Source: Candidatus Giovannonibacteria bacterium RIFCSPLOWO2_02_FULL_45_28
GTDB taxonomy: Bacteria > Patescibacteriota > Minisyncoccia > UBA11713 > 2-01-FULL-45-33
Direction of reading: 5' to 3'
Assembly: GCA_001780725.1 (NCBI GenBank)
Contig: MFIM01000005.1
Location: forward strand, 2,127-66,126
DNA length: 64,000 nucleotides
Below are positions 1 through 9,055 of the stretch, one piece after another. Numbering within the stretch: position 1 is the stretch's first letter; the number at the start of each line of letters is the position of its first letter. The translations under genes and the position numbers were made by a program. The notes below the pieces were generated by a model. The model ran no database searches. It was given only the letters and a program-made list of their open reading frames with translations, and was not told where the DNA came from.

Positions 1-530
1 AGCTCTTTGGCGGCCGATTTTGTCAAACCGATTATCCCGGCTTTGCTCGCGCTATATGCCGCTTGACCGGCATTCCCGTGCGTGCCGACAACGGAGACAA
101 TATTAACTATTCGGCCTCCGGACGCCAGCATCAATTTAGCGGCTTCTTTCAGGCACAAGAATGTTCCTTTTAAATTAACGTTCAATATGTTATCCCAATC
201 TTTTTCGGCGGTGTTCACTATAAGACTGTCTTGCCTAATGCCAGCGTTATTTATGAGCACGTCAATCCGCCCAAACTGCTTTTTTATATCGCCGAACATC
301 TTTACAACATCTTTTGAATTGCTAATGTCAGCTCTTATTGCAACAACCTGCTTGTTTCGTTTTTTTAGCTCATCAATCACACGCCCCATTTCAGCTTCGC
401 GCTCGCGATAATTTAATATAACGGAGGCTCCGGCCGCAACAAAAGCGCGTGCGATTGCGCGCCCGATTCCCCTGCTGGCGCCGGTAACAAGCACTATTTT
501 GCCTTGTAGAATATTGCCGTCCGCGTTCAT
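1..530 (-). CDS. SDR-family oxidoreductase, FabG-like; start ATG at 530..528, 3' end runs past the window edge
   Basis: The minus strand translates to MNADGNILQGKIVLVTGASRGIGRAIA...NAGI...YSASKAG, showing the TGxxxGIG cofactor motif and the YxxxK catalytic motif. It is absent from the ORF track because it is truncated by the window edge. Its ATG overlaps the stop of the upstream gene (ATGA). Confidence 0.7.
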   Translation of the reverse strand, partial: MNADGNILQGKIVLVTGASRGIGRAIARAFVAAGASVILNYREREAEMGRVIDELKKRNKQVVAIRADISNSKDVVKMFGDIKKQFGRIDVLINNAGIRQDSLIVNTAEKDWDNILNVNLKGTFLCLKEAAKLMLASGGRIVNIVSVVGTHGNAGQAAYSASKAGIIGLTKSAAKE

Positions 531-1081
531 CATACATAATCGTTTTTATTAATAATTTCTGTGACTACCGCGTCCCGCCATCCGCCATTTCTGAAAACAT
601 AATCATTATATCTGCCAACCTCTTTGAATCCCAGTTTTTTATGAATATAGAGCACCGGGTTATCGCCGATGGTGCTGCCTCGCAGCGAATGCAATTTGAA
701 CACATCAAAAGCAAGTTTGATTATGGTTTGGAATAACACAAAACCGACACCGATATTTTTGCCGTGCGGATCAGCATAGGCGCCGAAGTAACAATGCCGA
801 TTTTTAAAATCAACGTCGTGCAGAGCGACAACGCCGATTGATTTTTTGTCCTTTTTGGCCAACCAACAAAAGTGCGTCTGATTTTTTGCAAGTTTTTTAA
901 TAAAATCGGAATGCTCTTCTTGGGTTAGAACGTGATTGGTAAACATCTGGTTTCTCACGTCCTTATGATTTCGCCAGGCAAGAACAAGGGCTTTTTCGCT
1001 ATCATTCAGATTTACAAAGTTAATAAGCGTTAGTCCTGCAATTTTCAAATTTTCCCGAAATTTTTTGTATTCGCGGATCAT
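530..1081 (-). CDS. pseH: GNAT N-acetyltransferase, PseH-like (UDP-4-amino-4,6-dideoxy-N-acetyl-beta-L-altrosamine N-acetyltransferase)
   Basis: 183 aa. The N-terminal stretch INFVNLNDSEKALVLAWRNHKDVRNQMF closely matches the PseH signature region ([21 protein letters not shown]... in Helicobacter PseH). GNAT fold, in a Pse gene context. Confidence 0.6.
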   Translation of the reverse strand: MIREYKKFRENLKIAGLTLINFVNLNDSEKALVLAWRNHKDVRNQMFTNHVLTQEEHSDFIKKLAKNQTHFCWLAKKDKKSIGVVALHDVDFKNRHCYFGAYADPHGKNIGVGFVLFQTIIKLAFDVFKLHSLRGSTIGDNPVLYIHKKLGFKEVGRYNDYVFRNGGWRDAVVTEIINKNDYV

Positions 1082-1968
1082 AATGTTTCTTTGGGGCGCA
1101 AAAATGCGACAATCTGCCTTCCCAGTCCCAGCTCGGCAAGCGCATGAAAATAATTAATTGCTTTTTCAACGGAAATAGCATGAATTAAATTATCTATTTC
1201 CAAGCGGGCCTTATGGCACGACGCGCCTTTGGATTTGTCTTTATAGTAATTGGTGTTTTCATTCAATAAATTAAAATCTACAGGATGTTCTGTGATAACA
1301 AAAGCGCTCTCCCAGCCAGCGGCGTTTGCAAGATTATTTAATCCGTCCTTGTTGAAGTAAGACAAATGGTCCGGCAAAACCACCCAAAACTCGTTTTCCA
1401 GATATTTTTTTTCAAGCAAGTATCGCTGCAATACAGAAAAGTCGTTTGGAACTTCAACCACCAAAACGCCGTCCGGATTTATAAGCTGTCGGCATTGTTT
1501 TAACAGCTTCAGCGGTTCGGTCACATGCTCCAGCACGTTGTCAAGACAAATCACGTCAAATTGCCGATTCAAATGAATGAATTTTTGGATTGAGTCCGCG
1601 AAATCGCCGACTACAATATTTTCCAAGCAATCCGGATTGTGGCGCCTGCAGCCGAAATCGCTAAAATCCAAGCCTGTTACTGTCCAACCAAGCCTTTTGA
1701 AATACTTCAGCGTCCAGCCCTCCCCGCATCCGACATCTAAAAAAGATTTGGCGGTGCTTGCAAGATATTTTTGAATAACGAAATGCTTTTCTTGGTTTTT
1801 ATTATCAAAATAGCGGATCTCGTCTGCGGAATACTCGTTTTGGTAAGCACCCATTGATTCTTGATAATATTTTTTTGAATAAAATTCGCCCAGCTCCGCT
1901 TGGCTCGGCTTCTTTTCAACCTCACAGTACCCGAATTTATTTTTAATAATTTTTAAATTTTTATTCAT
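1078..1968 (-). CDS. class I SAM-dependent methyltransferase
   Basis: 296 aa with motif I LDVGCGEGW and motif post-I VTGLDFS. The 4-nt overlap with pseH suggests translational coupling. Confidence 0.7.
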   Translation of the reverse strand: MNKNLKIIKNKFGYCEVEKKPSQAELGEFYSKKYYQESMGAYQNEYSADEIRYFDNKNQEKHFVIQKYLASTAKSFLDVGCGEGWTLKYFKRLGWTVTGLDFSDFGCRRHNPDCLENIVVGDFADSIQKFIHLNRQFDVICLDNVLEHVTEPLKLLKQCRQLINPDGVLVVEVPNDFSVLQRYLLEKKYLENEFWVVLPDHLSYFNKDGLNNLANAAGWESAFVITEHPVDFNLLNENTNYYKDKSKGASCHKARLEIDNLIHAISVEKAINYFHALAELGLGRQIVAFLRPKETL

Positions 1969-2007
1969 ACAACATAAAAATAAACCCGCCGGATGTCCAG
2001 CGAGTTA

Positions 2008-2640
2008 TCACGCTTGTGAATACTTATAAACGCCGGACTCAATTTCAGCCACCCCCTTTCCTTCAAGCTCAATGCGCCGTTTCAAATCCTCACTACTGTA
2101 AGCGTCCGCAATAATTTTTTCCCAACGATTCCTGTCGTACTCCAAAACTATTTCTTCCGCCGAACTCAACACAATGCGGTGTTCTTGTAATAATTGTCTC
2201 AAAACAAACAAATCTTCGACAGCTTCAATTATAGCCTTTGTTCTTGGCAGGTGCCACCCATTGGAAAGTATGGTAATCTTAACAAATTCTTTCTGCTGGA
2301 TTATTTTATTGAGTTCGTTCAATTGTTTGAAAGTGTTTCCTGAATTCGTCTCGGTTATAATATTCTCCTTAGCCACGCCCAAATCAACCAATTCGTTTCT
2401 TATAACTTCGGCCGCGGGTGGGACACCCGAAATATCCGCCAATTGCCCCTTGCCGCCCAAACAAATGATGGTTTGGCGCGGATCATTTTTATATAAATGA
2501 CTCGCTGCAACCACTCTTAGCCTGTCTCCAATTGTGCCAAATTTATCTCCCGCCTCGCCATAATTGGTGGTGCGCCATTTCCCGTTGCTGTCCTTTTTTA
2601 ATCCGCCGCCCAAAATTGCAATGATATTAATGGGTTTCAT
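2008..2640 (-). CDS. DUF218/YdcF (ElyC/SanA-family) protein
   Basis: 210 aa with IIAILGGG...ICLGGKG...SNGWHLPR, typical of the DUF218 fold. Confidence 0.5.
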   Translation of the reverse strand: MKPINIIAILGGGLKKDSNGKWRTTNYGEAGDKFGTIGDRLRVVAASHLYKNDPRQTIICLGGKGQLADISGVPPAAEVIRNELVDLGVAKENIITETNSGNTFKQLNELNKIIQQKEFVKITILSNGWHLPRTKAIIEAVEDLFVLRQLLQEHRIVLSSAEEIVLEYDRNRWEKIIADAYSSEDLKRRIELEGKGVAEIESGVYKYSQA

Positions 2641-3431
2641 TTTACTTGCGCTTCTTTTAAGAATTTTGCATCTTCTTTAAGCGATGTCAAATATCCCTCG
2701 TTTCTTTTGATGTGCTGGTTAATTGAAATTGATTTTGGATTTCTTTTTAAGAAACTCAAAATATCCCGTAAAGTAAAATATTTATTCTTTTTATATAATG
2801 CGCCGAATATTTTTCGCACCAAAATCAAATCATTCGGCTCATCAACCGTCAAACGAAGATGCGAATTGTCTTTTGTGCTGCGGACATTGCCTATGCGGAA
2901 AATTTCCGTGTGCTTGTAAATATATGCCGTGACATGCTCGCGCTCGGAGAGCAACGAGGCGTTCTTCCAGGCTCGCTCAAGCGCTTTAAAAGAAAAAACT
3001 TCTGTATCCATTCCGTCCGGAAAAGTCGGCGGATATGTATTGCTTACATAATCAAATTTATTTTTATTGCGTTTGTAAAAATTGATTACTTTATCTACAA
3101 TCGCCGGGTCTATGATTGGGCAATCGCTGGTAACCCTTACAATAGCATCGCCGTCTGCCAGCCGGCGGATTTTAGCCGCCTGATAAGTGCGGTCTAAAAC
3201 GTCTTCTTCGGAGCCGCGGAAAAAATCAACTCCGAGCTTTTTGGCGACCTTCACAATTTTTCCATCTCGCTGTTTGGTGGTAGTTGCAACGATAATTTTA
3301 TCCGCGGATTTAACTTTTTTGAGGCGCGAAATTAAATGCTCCAGCAGGGTTTTGCCAAAAATTTTTTTTAACACCTTGCCCGGAAGGCGCGTAGAGGCCA
3401 TGCGAGCTTGGACTATAATCGCAATCACCAT
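2637..3431 (-). CDS. SpsF/PseF-type cytidylyltransferase (CMP-nonulosonate synthetase candidate)
   Basis: 264 aa with the N-terminal IIVQARMASTRLPGKVL signature of COG1861 SpsF-type CTP-transferases (PF02348 family). Confidence 0.6.
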   Translation of the reverse strand: MVIAIIVQARMASTRLPGKVLKKIFGKTLLEHLISRLKKVKSADKIIVATTTKQRDGKIVKVAKKLGVDFFRGSEEDVLDRTYQAAKIRRLADGDAIVRVTSDCPIIDPAIVDKVINFYKRNKNKFDYVSNTYPPTFPDGMDTEVFSFKALERAWKNASLLSEREHVTAYIYKHTEIFRIGNVRSTKDNSHLRLTVDEPNDLILVRKIFGALYKKNKYFTLRDILSFLKRNPKSISINQHIKRNEGYLTSLKEDAKFLKEAQVK

Positions 3432-3475
3432 ATTGGAATATAACGCATTATCAAGTGCTTTGGTTTGTGTTGCGC

Positions 3476-3503
3476 TTGACGACTTTTATAGATTTGTTAT
3501 AAT
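3476..3503 (+). promoter_or_regulatory. sigma70-like promoter candidate (TTGACG-N16-TATAAT) upstream of the 3542 gene
   Basis: TTGACG at 3476..3481 and TATAAT at 3498..3503 with a 16-nt spacer, in a 110-bp divergent intergenic region. An AAGGGAAGGA RBS sits before ATG 3542. Confidence 0.35.
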
Positions 3504-3541
3504 ACTAACCAGAATTTAAAAAGGGAAGGATGGGTTGAAAG

Positions 3542-4597
3542 ATGCATTTTTTTCTGATAGCAAATGACTATGGAGAGTCTCTCTGTTTGGATAGCATTAG
3601 CTCGGAATTGAAACAGCGCGAGCACACGACTATTGAAGTTTTTGGGAGAGGAAAAAATCTCGCACTGACGGAAAAAATAGTTCAGCAAGCATTAGATGCG
3701 GACGTATTTATTACTGCTATCTCTGAATTCAACGAAGCGGAGGTGGCACTGGCAAAAAATGTGTGGAATCAAAAACCATGCATGCCGACTGTTGTCTACG
3801 CTCCGGGAAGATACGCTTTTCGCAATAAGGGCGCTACTTCTCTTCGCGGCATTACCGACCTTCTTCTTGTGGGAAATACGGACGAGGTTGAGGAAGCAAA
3901 AACGCTGTATCCGAGAGCGGCGCAGGTGGCGGCGGTTGGAAATGTTCTCCATGAAAATTTTTATCCGGAGCTTTCCATGGCAGAAGCGCGGAAGAAAATA
4001 GGAGTCGGAGACAATCAAAAGCTTATCTTCGTCCCGGGCGACAAACGGCTCGGCATTAACTGGCCGCTTTTCCATTCGGTAATTGAAGCCGCGCACCGCG
4101 CGTGTGTTCAGCGGCATTCGCCGATGGTCGCAATCGGCATTCATCCAGGCGATCAATATCCAATTGACATGTACCACGACGCTGAAAAGTATAGCCGCAA
4201 CGTTCCAGTTAAGATTTTCATGCGCGACATCCTGACTTCGGCAATACTGGTAACGGCTTGCGACTTAATGGTTACTGCAGTATCATCGCTAGCCACAATG
4301 GCAGCATTCCAAAGAAAGCCAATTATCGGCTTTTACTTTGAAAATCTTTTGGCCGACGCTGAAGACGCACAAGGCGGCAAGCCGCTTGAATGGGAACTTG
4401 AGAGCAACAAAGCCGCTGAAGTAGTGCGAGGAGGATCAGTGGACCTATTAGCTGAAACAATAAGCAGGCTTCTTTCGCCAAATGGTTTCAGAAAAATGCG
4501 AAGGCATCAAAAAATAGCTTACCCCGAAGCACCAATCCCAGGATCAACGGCAAAAAAAGCCGTTGACATCATTACTCGGCCAACCTTTAATGGTTAG
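3542..4597 (+). CDS. GT-B-fold protein, PseG/SpsG (GT28 C-terminal)-like; candidate UDP-sugar hydrolase or glycosyltransferase
   Basis: 351 aa. The C-terminal region ACDLMVTAVSSLATMAAFQRKPIIGFYFE resembles the GT28/MurG C-terminal nucleotide-sugar binding segment. Local GC is about 50-53% versus about 40% in the flanks. Confidence 0.35.
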   Translation: MHFFLIANDYGESLCLDSISSELKQREHTTIEVFGRGKNLALTEKIVQQALDADVFITAISEFNEAEVALAKNVWNQKPCMPTVVYAPGRYAFRNKGATSLRGITDLLLVGNTDEVEEAKTLYPRAAQVAAVGNVLHENFYPELSMAEARKKIGVGDNQKLIFVPGDKRLGINWPLFHSVIEAAHRACVQRHSPMVAIGIHPGDQYPIDMYHDAEKYSRNVPVKIFMRDILTSAILVTACDLMVTAVSSLATMAAFQRKPIIGFYFENLLADAEDAQGGKPLEWELESNKAAEVVRGGSVDLLAETISRLLSPNGFRKMRRHQKIAYPEAPIPGSTAKKAVDIITRPTFNG

Positions 4598-4604
4598 CCG
4601 TTTT

Positions 4605-5939
4605 TTATGTTAGCCTCTTAAATCCGCTGTGCGCTATCGGACCTTCAAGAAGGTTGCTGGTGGTTTTATTTTCTATTGACCGCTTTATTATTCCAAAAAC
4701 TTCGTCTACGGCTTTGAGATATGACTTAACATGATTTTCTTTGTGGGCGTAAGAAACATAAACGCTCAAGGCCGCGAGATATCCACGCTTCAGCATCTCC
4801 TGAATGAATAGGGTTTTGAGCGCCTGATTAATTTTGCCTCCGCCAGCCGGCGGATTGAATGAAAAGGTAATAAGCGGATTCGGCCCGACAACAGTAATAT
4901 CTAAACCGTGCTTTTCGGCCACAGCTTTCCACCCCTTCCCAATCCTCTCCCCGATTTTTCCCAGATGTTCCGGCACATGTTTTTTCTGCATCTTTTTAAT
5001 AGTAGCCAGCGCCGCCACAGGACCAACCGCTTCCGTCCAATAAGTGCTGGAGATAAAAGTTTTTTGCGCGGCGTCCATAACTCCCTTTCTGCCAATTACA
5101 GCCGCCATCGGATAGCCATTGCTCATAGCTTTGGCGAAAACAGCGATATCCGGGTTCACTCCGTATAAAAGATGTGCGCCTCCGACATTAAGCCGCCAAC
5201 CTATTGAAATTTCATCAAAAATCAAAACAGCGCCGATTTTTTTTGCTATTTGGGCAACTTTTTTTATAAAATCATTTTTAGGCTCCGTGTGCCGAAGCGT
5301 TTCCATTACAATTACTCCGATATCTTTGTTTGCGGCAGCAATCTTTTCAAGCGCGGCTATATCATTGTAATGGAACGGGAAAGCGGTGCCTTTTAACCCG
5401 CGCGGGACTCCGGCTGGATCAAGCCCGGGCAATAAATGGCCGTCTAAATTTTTCTTGTCGGCCAAGTTCGCTGCCAAATACCAGTCATGCCAGCCATGAT
5501 ATCCGCAGAATGCAATCTTGTCGCGGCCGGTGTATGCACGGGCAATTCTTACGGCAATTGACATCGCCTCCCCGCCGGTCCGCGCGAATCTCGCCATATT
5601 CGCCCAAGGATGGAGCTTGCAAAGAATTTCCGCAAGCTCCACTTCCTCCGGAGAATTTAGCGTGGACATTGAACCTAAATCCGCCGCCATTTTAACGGCG
5701 CGATTTACGTCCGGATCGGCATATCCCAAAACACAACTCCCGACGCCCATCAATGAAAAATCCTCATATTTATTTCCATCCAAATCCCAAACTTCTATAC
5801 CTTTGGCTTTCTTATAATAAGAAGGCCATCCACCAGGCAAAAACATTTCTGACCTTTTGGACAAGAGCTGGCTCCCGCCGGGAATTATTTTTTTAGCCCG
5901 CCTCCACAAAGCCGGCCCTTTTTTTATTAAAAGGTTCAT
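4605..5939 (-). CDS. class III (PLP) aminotransferase, glutamate-1-semialdehyde aminomutase-like
   Basis: 444 aa aligning along its length to the HemL/GSA-AT fold (…GVGSCVLGYADPDVNRAV…IFDEISIGWR…). Confidence 0.7.
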   Translation of the reverse strand: MNLLIKKGPALWRRAKKIIPGGSQLLSKRSEMFLPGGWPSYYKKAKGIEVWDLDGNKYEDFSLMGVGSCVLGYADPDVNRAVKMAADLGSMSTLNSPEEVELAEILCKLHPWANMARFARTGGEAMSIAVRIARAYTGRDKIAFCGYHGWHDWYLAANLADKKNLDGHLLPGLDPAGVPRGLKGTAFPFHYNDIAALEKIAAANKDIGVIVMETLRHTEPKNDFIKKVAQIAKKIGAVLIFDEISIGWRLNVGGAHLLYGVNPDIAVFAKAMSNGYPMAAVIGRKGVMDAAQKTFISSTYWTEAVGPVAALATIKKMQKKHVPEHLGKIGERIGKGWKAVAEKHGLDITVVGPNPLITFSFNPPAGGGKINQALKTLFIQEMLKRGYLAALSVYVSYAHKENHVKSYLKAVDEVFGIIKRSIENKTTSNLLEGPIAHSGFKRLT

Positions 5940-6895
5940 ATTTTCTTTGCACGAATTAAAACTTTTAAAACATTCTTAGCCGCCCTTAAGCCTTGGAGTG
6001 GTTCAGAGTTGTTTTTAATACAATTTAAAAAATGTTTTATTTCCTCAACAAACATTTTATTTAAATTTTTGTCTCCGCGATAAAGCTCTTTTTTTATTTT
6101 TCTGTCTTCAAAAATAAGGGTGTCCTCCCCGATATCCAGCGTCAGAGTGCCTTTTTCGGTCACAACCTCAATTCGATGCGTTGTTTTTTTGCAGATATAA
6201 TCCGAAGCAATGCCGGAGATAACACCATTTTTGTGTTCCAACATCAACACGGCCATCTCTTCGCTTTTGAATCCTAAAGGATGCTTATCACTCAAAAGCA
6301 ACGCCGCTTTTTTAATATCTCCGAAAAGAGCCGAAAGGTAATAAATTGAGTGGGTTACATGGTCTAAAATTACGCCTCCTCCCTCGGTTTTTTTCGCGAT
6401 ATAGCTTTTTTTATAATTTATATTTTTTCTGGCCCAAGGGATATAAAATCCCTGCGCCACACGGCAAAGCATCGCTTTGCCATAAACCATGCTTTTTAAA
6501 ACACTTTGAAGTTTTTTAAATCCTTCATAAAAAAGAAAATTGCAAGCAGGCATCACAACTTTTTTGCCGCGCGCTACTTTTTTGATTAAAGCGTCAACGC
6601 CGGCTAAATTGTTTGAAAGAGGCTTTTCAATAAAAACATGCGCGCCGTAGTTTAAAGCCAAACTTGCCGTCGGCACATGCAAATGCGTCGGATTGCAAAT
6701 AAAAACAATATTCGGCCGTTCTTTTTCTATGGCGGTTTTGGCGTTTTTGTATAAAGAAAAATTGCCAAGCAATGCAGCTACTTTTAATTTTTTCTCATCG
6801 GGATCAGAGACGACTAAATTTTTGTAACCTAACTTAAGTAAGTTTTTTAAATGCCTCGTCCCAATTGATCCCGCGCCAATAATCAAAATTTTCAT
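5936..6895 (-). CDS. Gfo/Idh/MocA-family NAD(P) oxidoreductase
   Basis: 319 aa with MKILIIGAGSIGTRH N-terminal Rossmann and EKPL motif. Confidence 0.7.
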   Translation of the reverse strand: MKILIIGAGSIGTRHLKNLLKLGYKNLVVSDPDEKKLKVAALLGNFSLYKNAKTAIEKERPNIVFICNPTHLHVPTASLALNYGAHVFIEKPLSNNLAGVDALIKKVARGKKVVMPACNFLFYEGFKKLQSVLKSMVYGKAMLCRVAQGFYIPWARKNINYKKSYIAKKTEGGGVILDHVTHSIYYLSALFGDIKKAALLLSDKHPLGFKSEEMAVLMLEHKNGVISGIASDYICKKTTHRIEVVTEKGTLTLDIGEDTLIFEDRKIKKELYRGDKNLNKMFVEEIKHFLNCIKNNSEPLQGLRAAKNVLKVLIRAKKI

Positions 6896-8034
6896 GTGGA
6901 TTTTAAAATCTTTATTAAAGTTTTAATCACGAAATTTTGTTCTGTGTTTTTGAGGCTTGGGAAAATCGGCAAAGATATTTCTGCTTCGTAAAATGCTTCG
7001 GCTTTGGGGCATAGGCCTTTTTTGTAGCCGAGTTTTTGATAATAAGGATGAAGATACACCGGAATATAATGAATTTGCGCTCCGATTCCGGCGTTGCGGA
7101 GTTTTTTTACAATTTCCGCGCGTTTATTCGCCGACTTTCCCGCGAAACGCAACGGATACAGATGCCAGCTAGAGCTCACGCCTACGTGCTCTTCCGGCAA
7201 AAGCAGATTTTTATTTTGCCTAATCGCTTCGCCGTAGCGCGAAGCGATTTTTTTCCGCGCGCTTATAAATTTATCCAGCTTTTTTAGTTGGGAAATCCCT
7301 AAAGCGGCATGGATATCCGTGAGCCTGTAATTAAAACCTAGCATCTGCATCCCCCGGCTCCCGATGCCGTGGTGTCTGAACTGTTTTAATTTTTCGTAAT
7401 AAATTTTACTGTTGGTCGCAACCGCCCCTCCCTCGCCGGTAGTAATTGATTTTACCGGATGAAAACTGAAAGTAGTCATATCGGCAATGCTGCCGATTTT
7501 TTTGCCTTTGTATTTGGCGCCCAAAGAATGCGCGGCGTCTTCTATTAAAACCAGTTTACGTTTGCGGGCTAGGCTTTTAAATTTATCTAAATTCGCCGGA
7601 TGCCCAGCGTAATCTACCACCGCCAATAATTTGGTTTTTCGTGTTATTTTTTTTTCCGCCTCCACCGGGTCAAGATTTCCATACTCATCAATATCGGCGA
7701 AAACAGGCCTTGCCCCAAGATACAAACCCGCGTTTGAGGTGGCCGCGAAAGTTAAAGGCGTTGTAATAAACTCGTCGCCGCGCCTCATTCCTGCAACAAA
7801 ATATGCGGCGTGCAATGCCGCAGTGCCGCTGGAAAAAGCTGCGGCGAATTTTGCGCCGCAATAGTGCGCAAGCGCTCTTTCAAATTCCCCAATTTTCGGT
7901 CCTTGCGTCAGCCAGTCTGATTTTAAAACGCTTTTTACCGCCTCAATATCGGCGTTATCAATTGATTGATGCCCGTAAGGAATCGTTGCTTTAGCAACGA
8001 TCCCGCCGCGGCGGGATGAAAACGTGGTTTTCAT
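6892..8034 (-). CDS. pseC: DegT/DnrJ/EryC1 aminotransferase, PseC-like
   Basis: 380 aa with the FSFHPVKSITTGEGGAVATN PLP-lysine region. Immediately downstream of pseB with an overlap-free junction. Confidence 0.65.
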   Translation of the reverse strand: MKTTFSSRRGGIVAKATIPYGHQSIDNADIEAVKSVLKSDWLTQGPKIGEFERALAHYCGAKFAAAFSSGTAALHAAYFVAGMRRGDEFITTPLTFAATSNAGLYLGARPVFADIDEYGNLDPVEAEKKITRKTKLLAVVDYAGHPANLDKFKSLARKRKLVLIEDAAHSLGAKYKGKKIGSIADMTTFSFHPVKSITTGEGGAVATNSKIYYEKLKQFRHHGIGSRGMQMLGFNYRLTDIHAALGISQLKKLDKFISARKKIASRYGEAIRQNKNLLLPEEHVGVSSSWHLYPLRFAGKSANKRAEIVKKLRNAGIGAQIHYIPVYLHPYYQKLGYKKGLCPKAEAFYEAEISLPIFPSLKNTEQNFVIKTLIKILKST

Positions 8035-8035
8035 T

Positions 8036-9016
8036 TTATGAAATTATGCTTAGAAAATCTTCTTTGTTTAAAATATCCACTTTATTGCTGGCGTATTGAA
8101 AACTCTTCGGAATGTATCCTGAAGATTGGGGGTGCGCCGCTTTCCACCAATCTTGCGCCGGCTCAACCAAGTAGTATTTTCCAATGTCCTTTGTCCTTCT
8201 GACTTCGTCTTCAGTCAGCAAAACCTCGTGCAGCTTTTCTCCGGGCCTTATGCCGATAATTTTGATCTGGCAGTTAGGCGCCGCCGCCGAAATCAAATCT
8301 TTCACTTTCATGGCTTTTAGTTTCGGCACAAAAATCTCGCCCCCCTGCATCGCGCCGAGGGCATTCAGCACCAGTCCCACTCCTTCGTCTAAAGTAATCC
8401 AAAATCGCGTCATGTCCTCGTGAGTTAGGGTTACTACTCCCTTATTTTTTTGCGAACTCAAAGTTTCCACAATACTGCCCCTGCTACCTACGACATTGCC
8501 GTATCTCACGGCGCTAAAAAACGGGGGCGAGGAACTCTCCCGCCTGTAAGAGTTTGCGGCAATTAGCAGTTTTTCCGCGCAAAGTTTGGTAGCCCCGTAC
8601 AAATTAATCGGATTGACGGCTTTGTCCGAAGAAATCAGCAAAACTTTCCCGACGTTGGAATCAAGTGCGGCATCAATCACATTCTGCGTTCCCAAAACAT
8701 TGGTTTTTACGGCTTCCAGTGGGTTATATTCCAGCGCCGGAACTTGTTTTAAGGCCGCGGCATGGACAACAATATCCACTCCGCGAAACGCCCTTTCCAA
8801 TCTTTGGAGGTCTCTTACGTCTCCCAAAAGAAACCTTAATTTGTCGTGATCGCCGAGCTTTAAGCGCATTTCGTGCTGTTTAAATTCATCGCGGCTAAAA
8901 ACAATAATTTTTCTGCACAAATCCAATCCCAAAAGTTTTTCCACGAATCTTTGCCCAAAAGACCCGGTGCCTCCGGTAACCAAAACAGCCTTATCTTTGA
9001 GAAACCCGTAGTCCAT
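8036..9016 (-). CDS. pseB: UDP-N-acetylglucosamine 4,6-dehydratase (inverting), PseB/FlaA1-like
   Basis: 326 aa with VLVTGGTGSFGQ...ISSDKAVNPINLYGATK (YxxxK) and CapD-like short architecture. Confidence 0.7.
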   Translation of the reverse strand: MDYGFLKDKAVLVTGGTGSFGQRFVEKLLGLDLCRKIIVFSRDEFKQHEMRLKLGDHDKLRFLLGDVRDLQRLERAFRGVDIVVHAAALKQVPALEYNPLEAVKTNVLGTQNVIDAALDSNVGKVLLISSDKAVNPINLYGATKLCAEKLLIAANSYRRESSSPPFFSAVRYGNVVGSRGSIVETLSSQKNKGVVTLTHEDMTRFWITLDEGVGLVLNALGAMQGGEIFVPKLKAMKVKDLISAAAPNCQIKIIGIRPGEKLHEVLLTEDEVRRTKDIGKYYLVEPAQDWWKAAHPQSSGYIPKSFQYASNKVDILNKEDFLSIIS

Positions 9017-9055
9017 AGTTATAGATTATAACTTTGAAAGACATTATGTAGTAAC

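Noticed and set aside
82-411. 109-aa plus-strand ORF at the window start
   Set aside because: Lies antisense to a well-supported SDR/FabG-like gene (minus strand, 1..530, TGASRGIG and YxxxK motifs). The translation is low-complexity with no recognisable motifs.
3692-4177. Minus- and plus-strand ORFs (3692..4177, 3696..4001) nested in the 3542..4597 gene
   Set aside because: Arg/Lys-rich low-complexity translations overlapping a gene with a GT-B nucleotide-sugar binding signature; typical antisense artefacts of a GC-richer gene.
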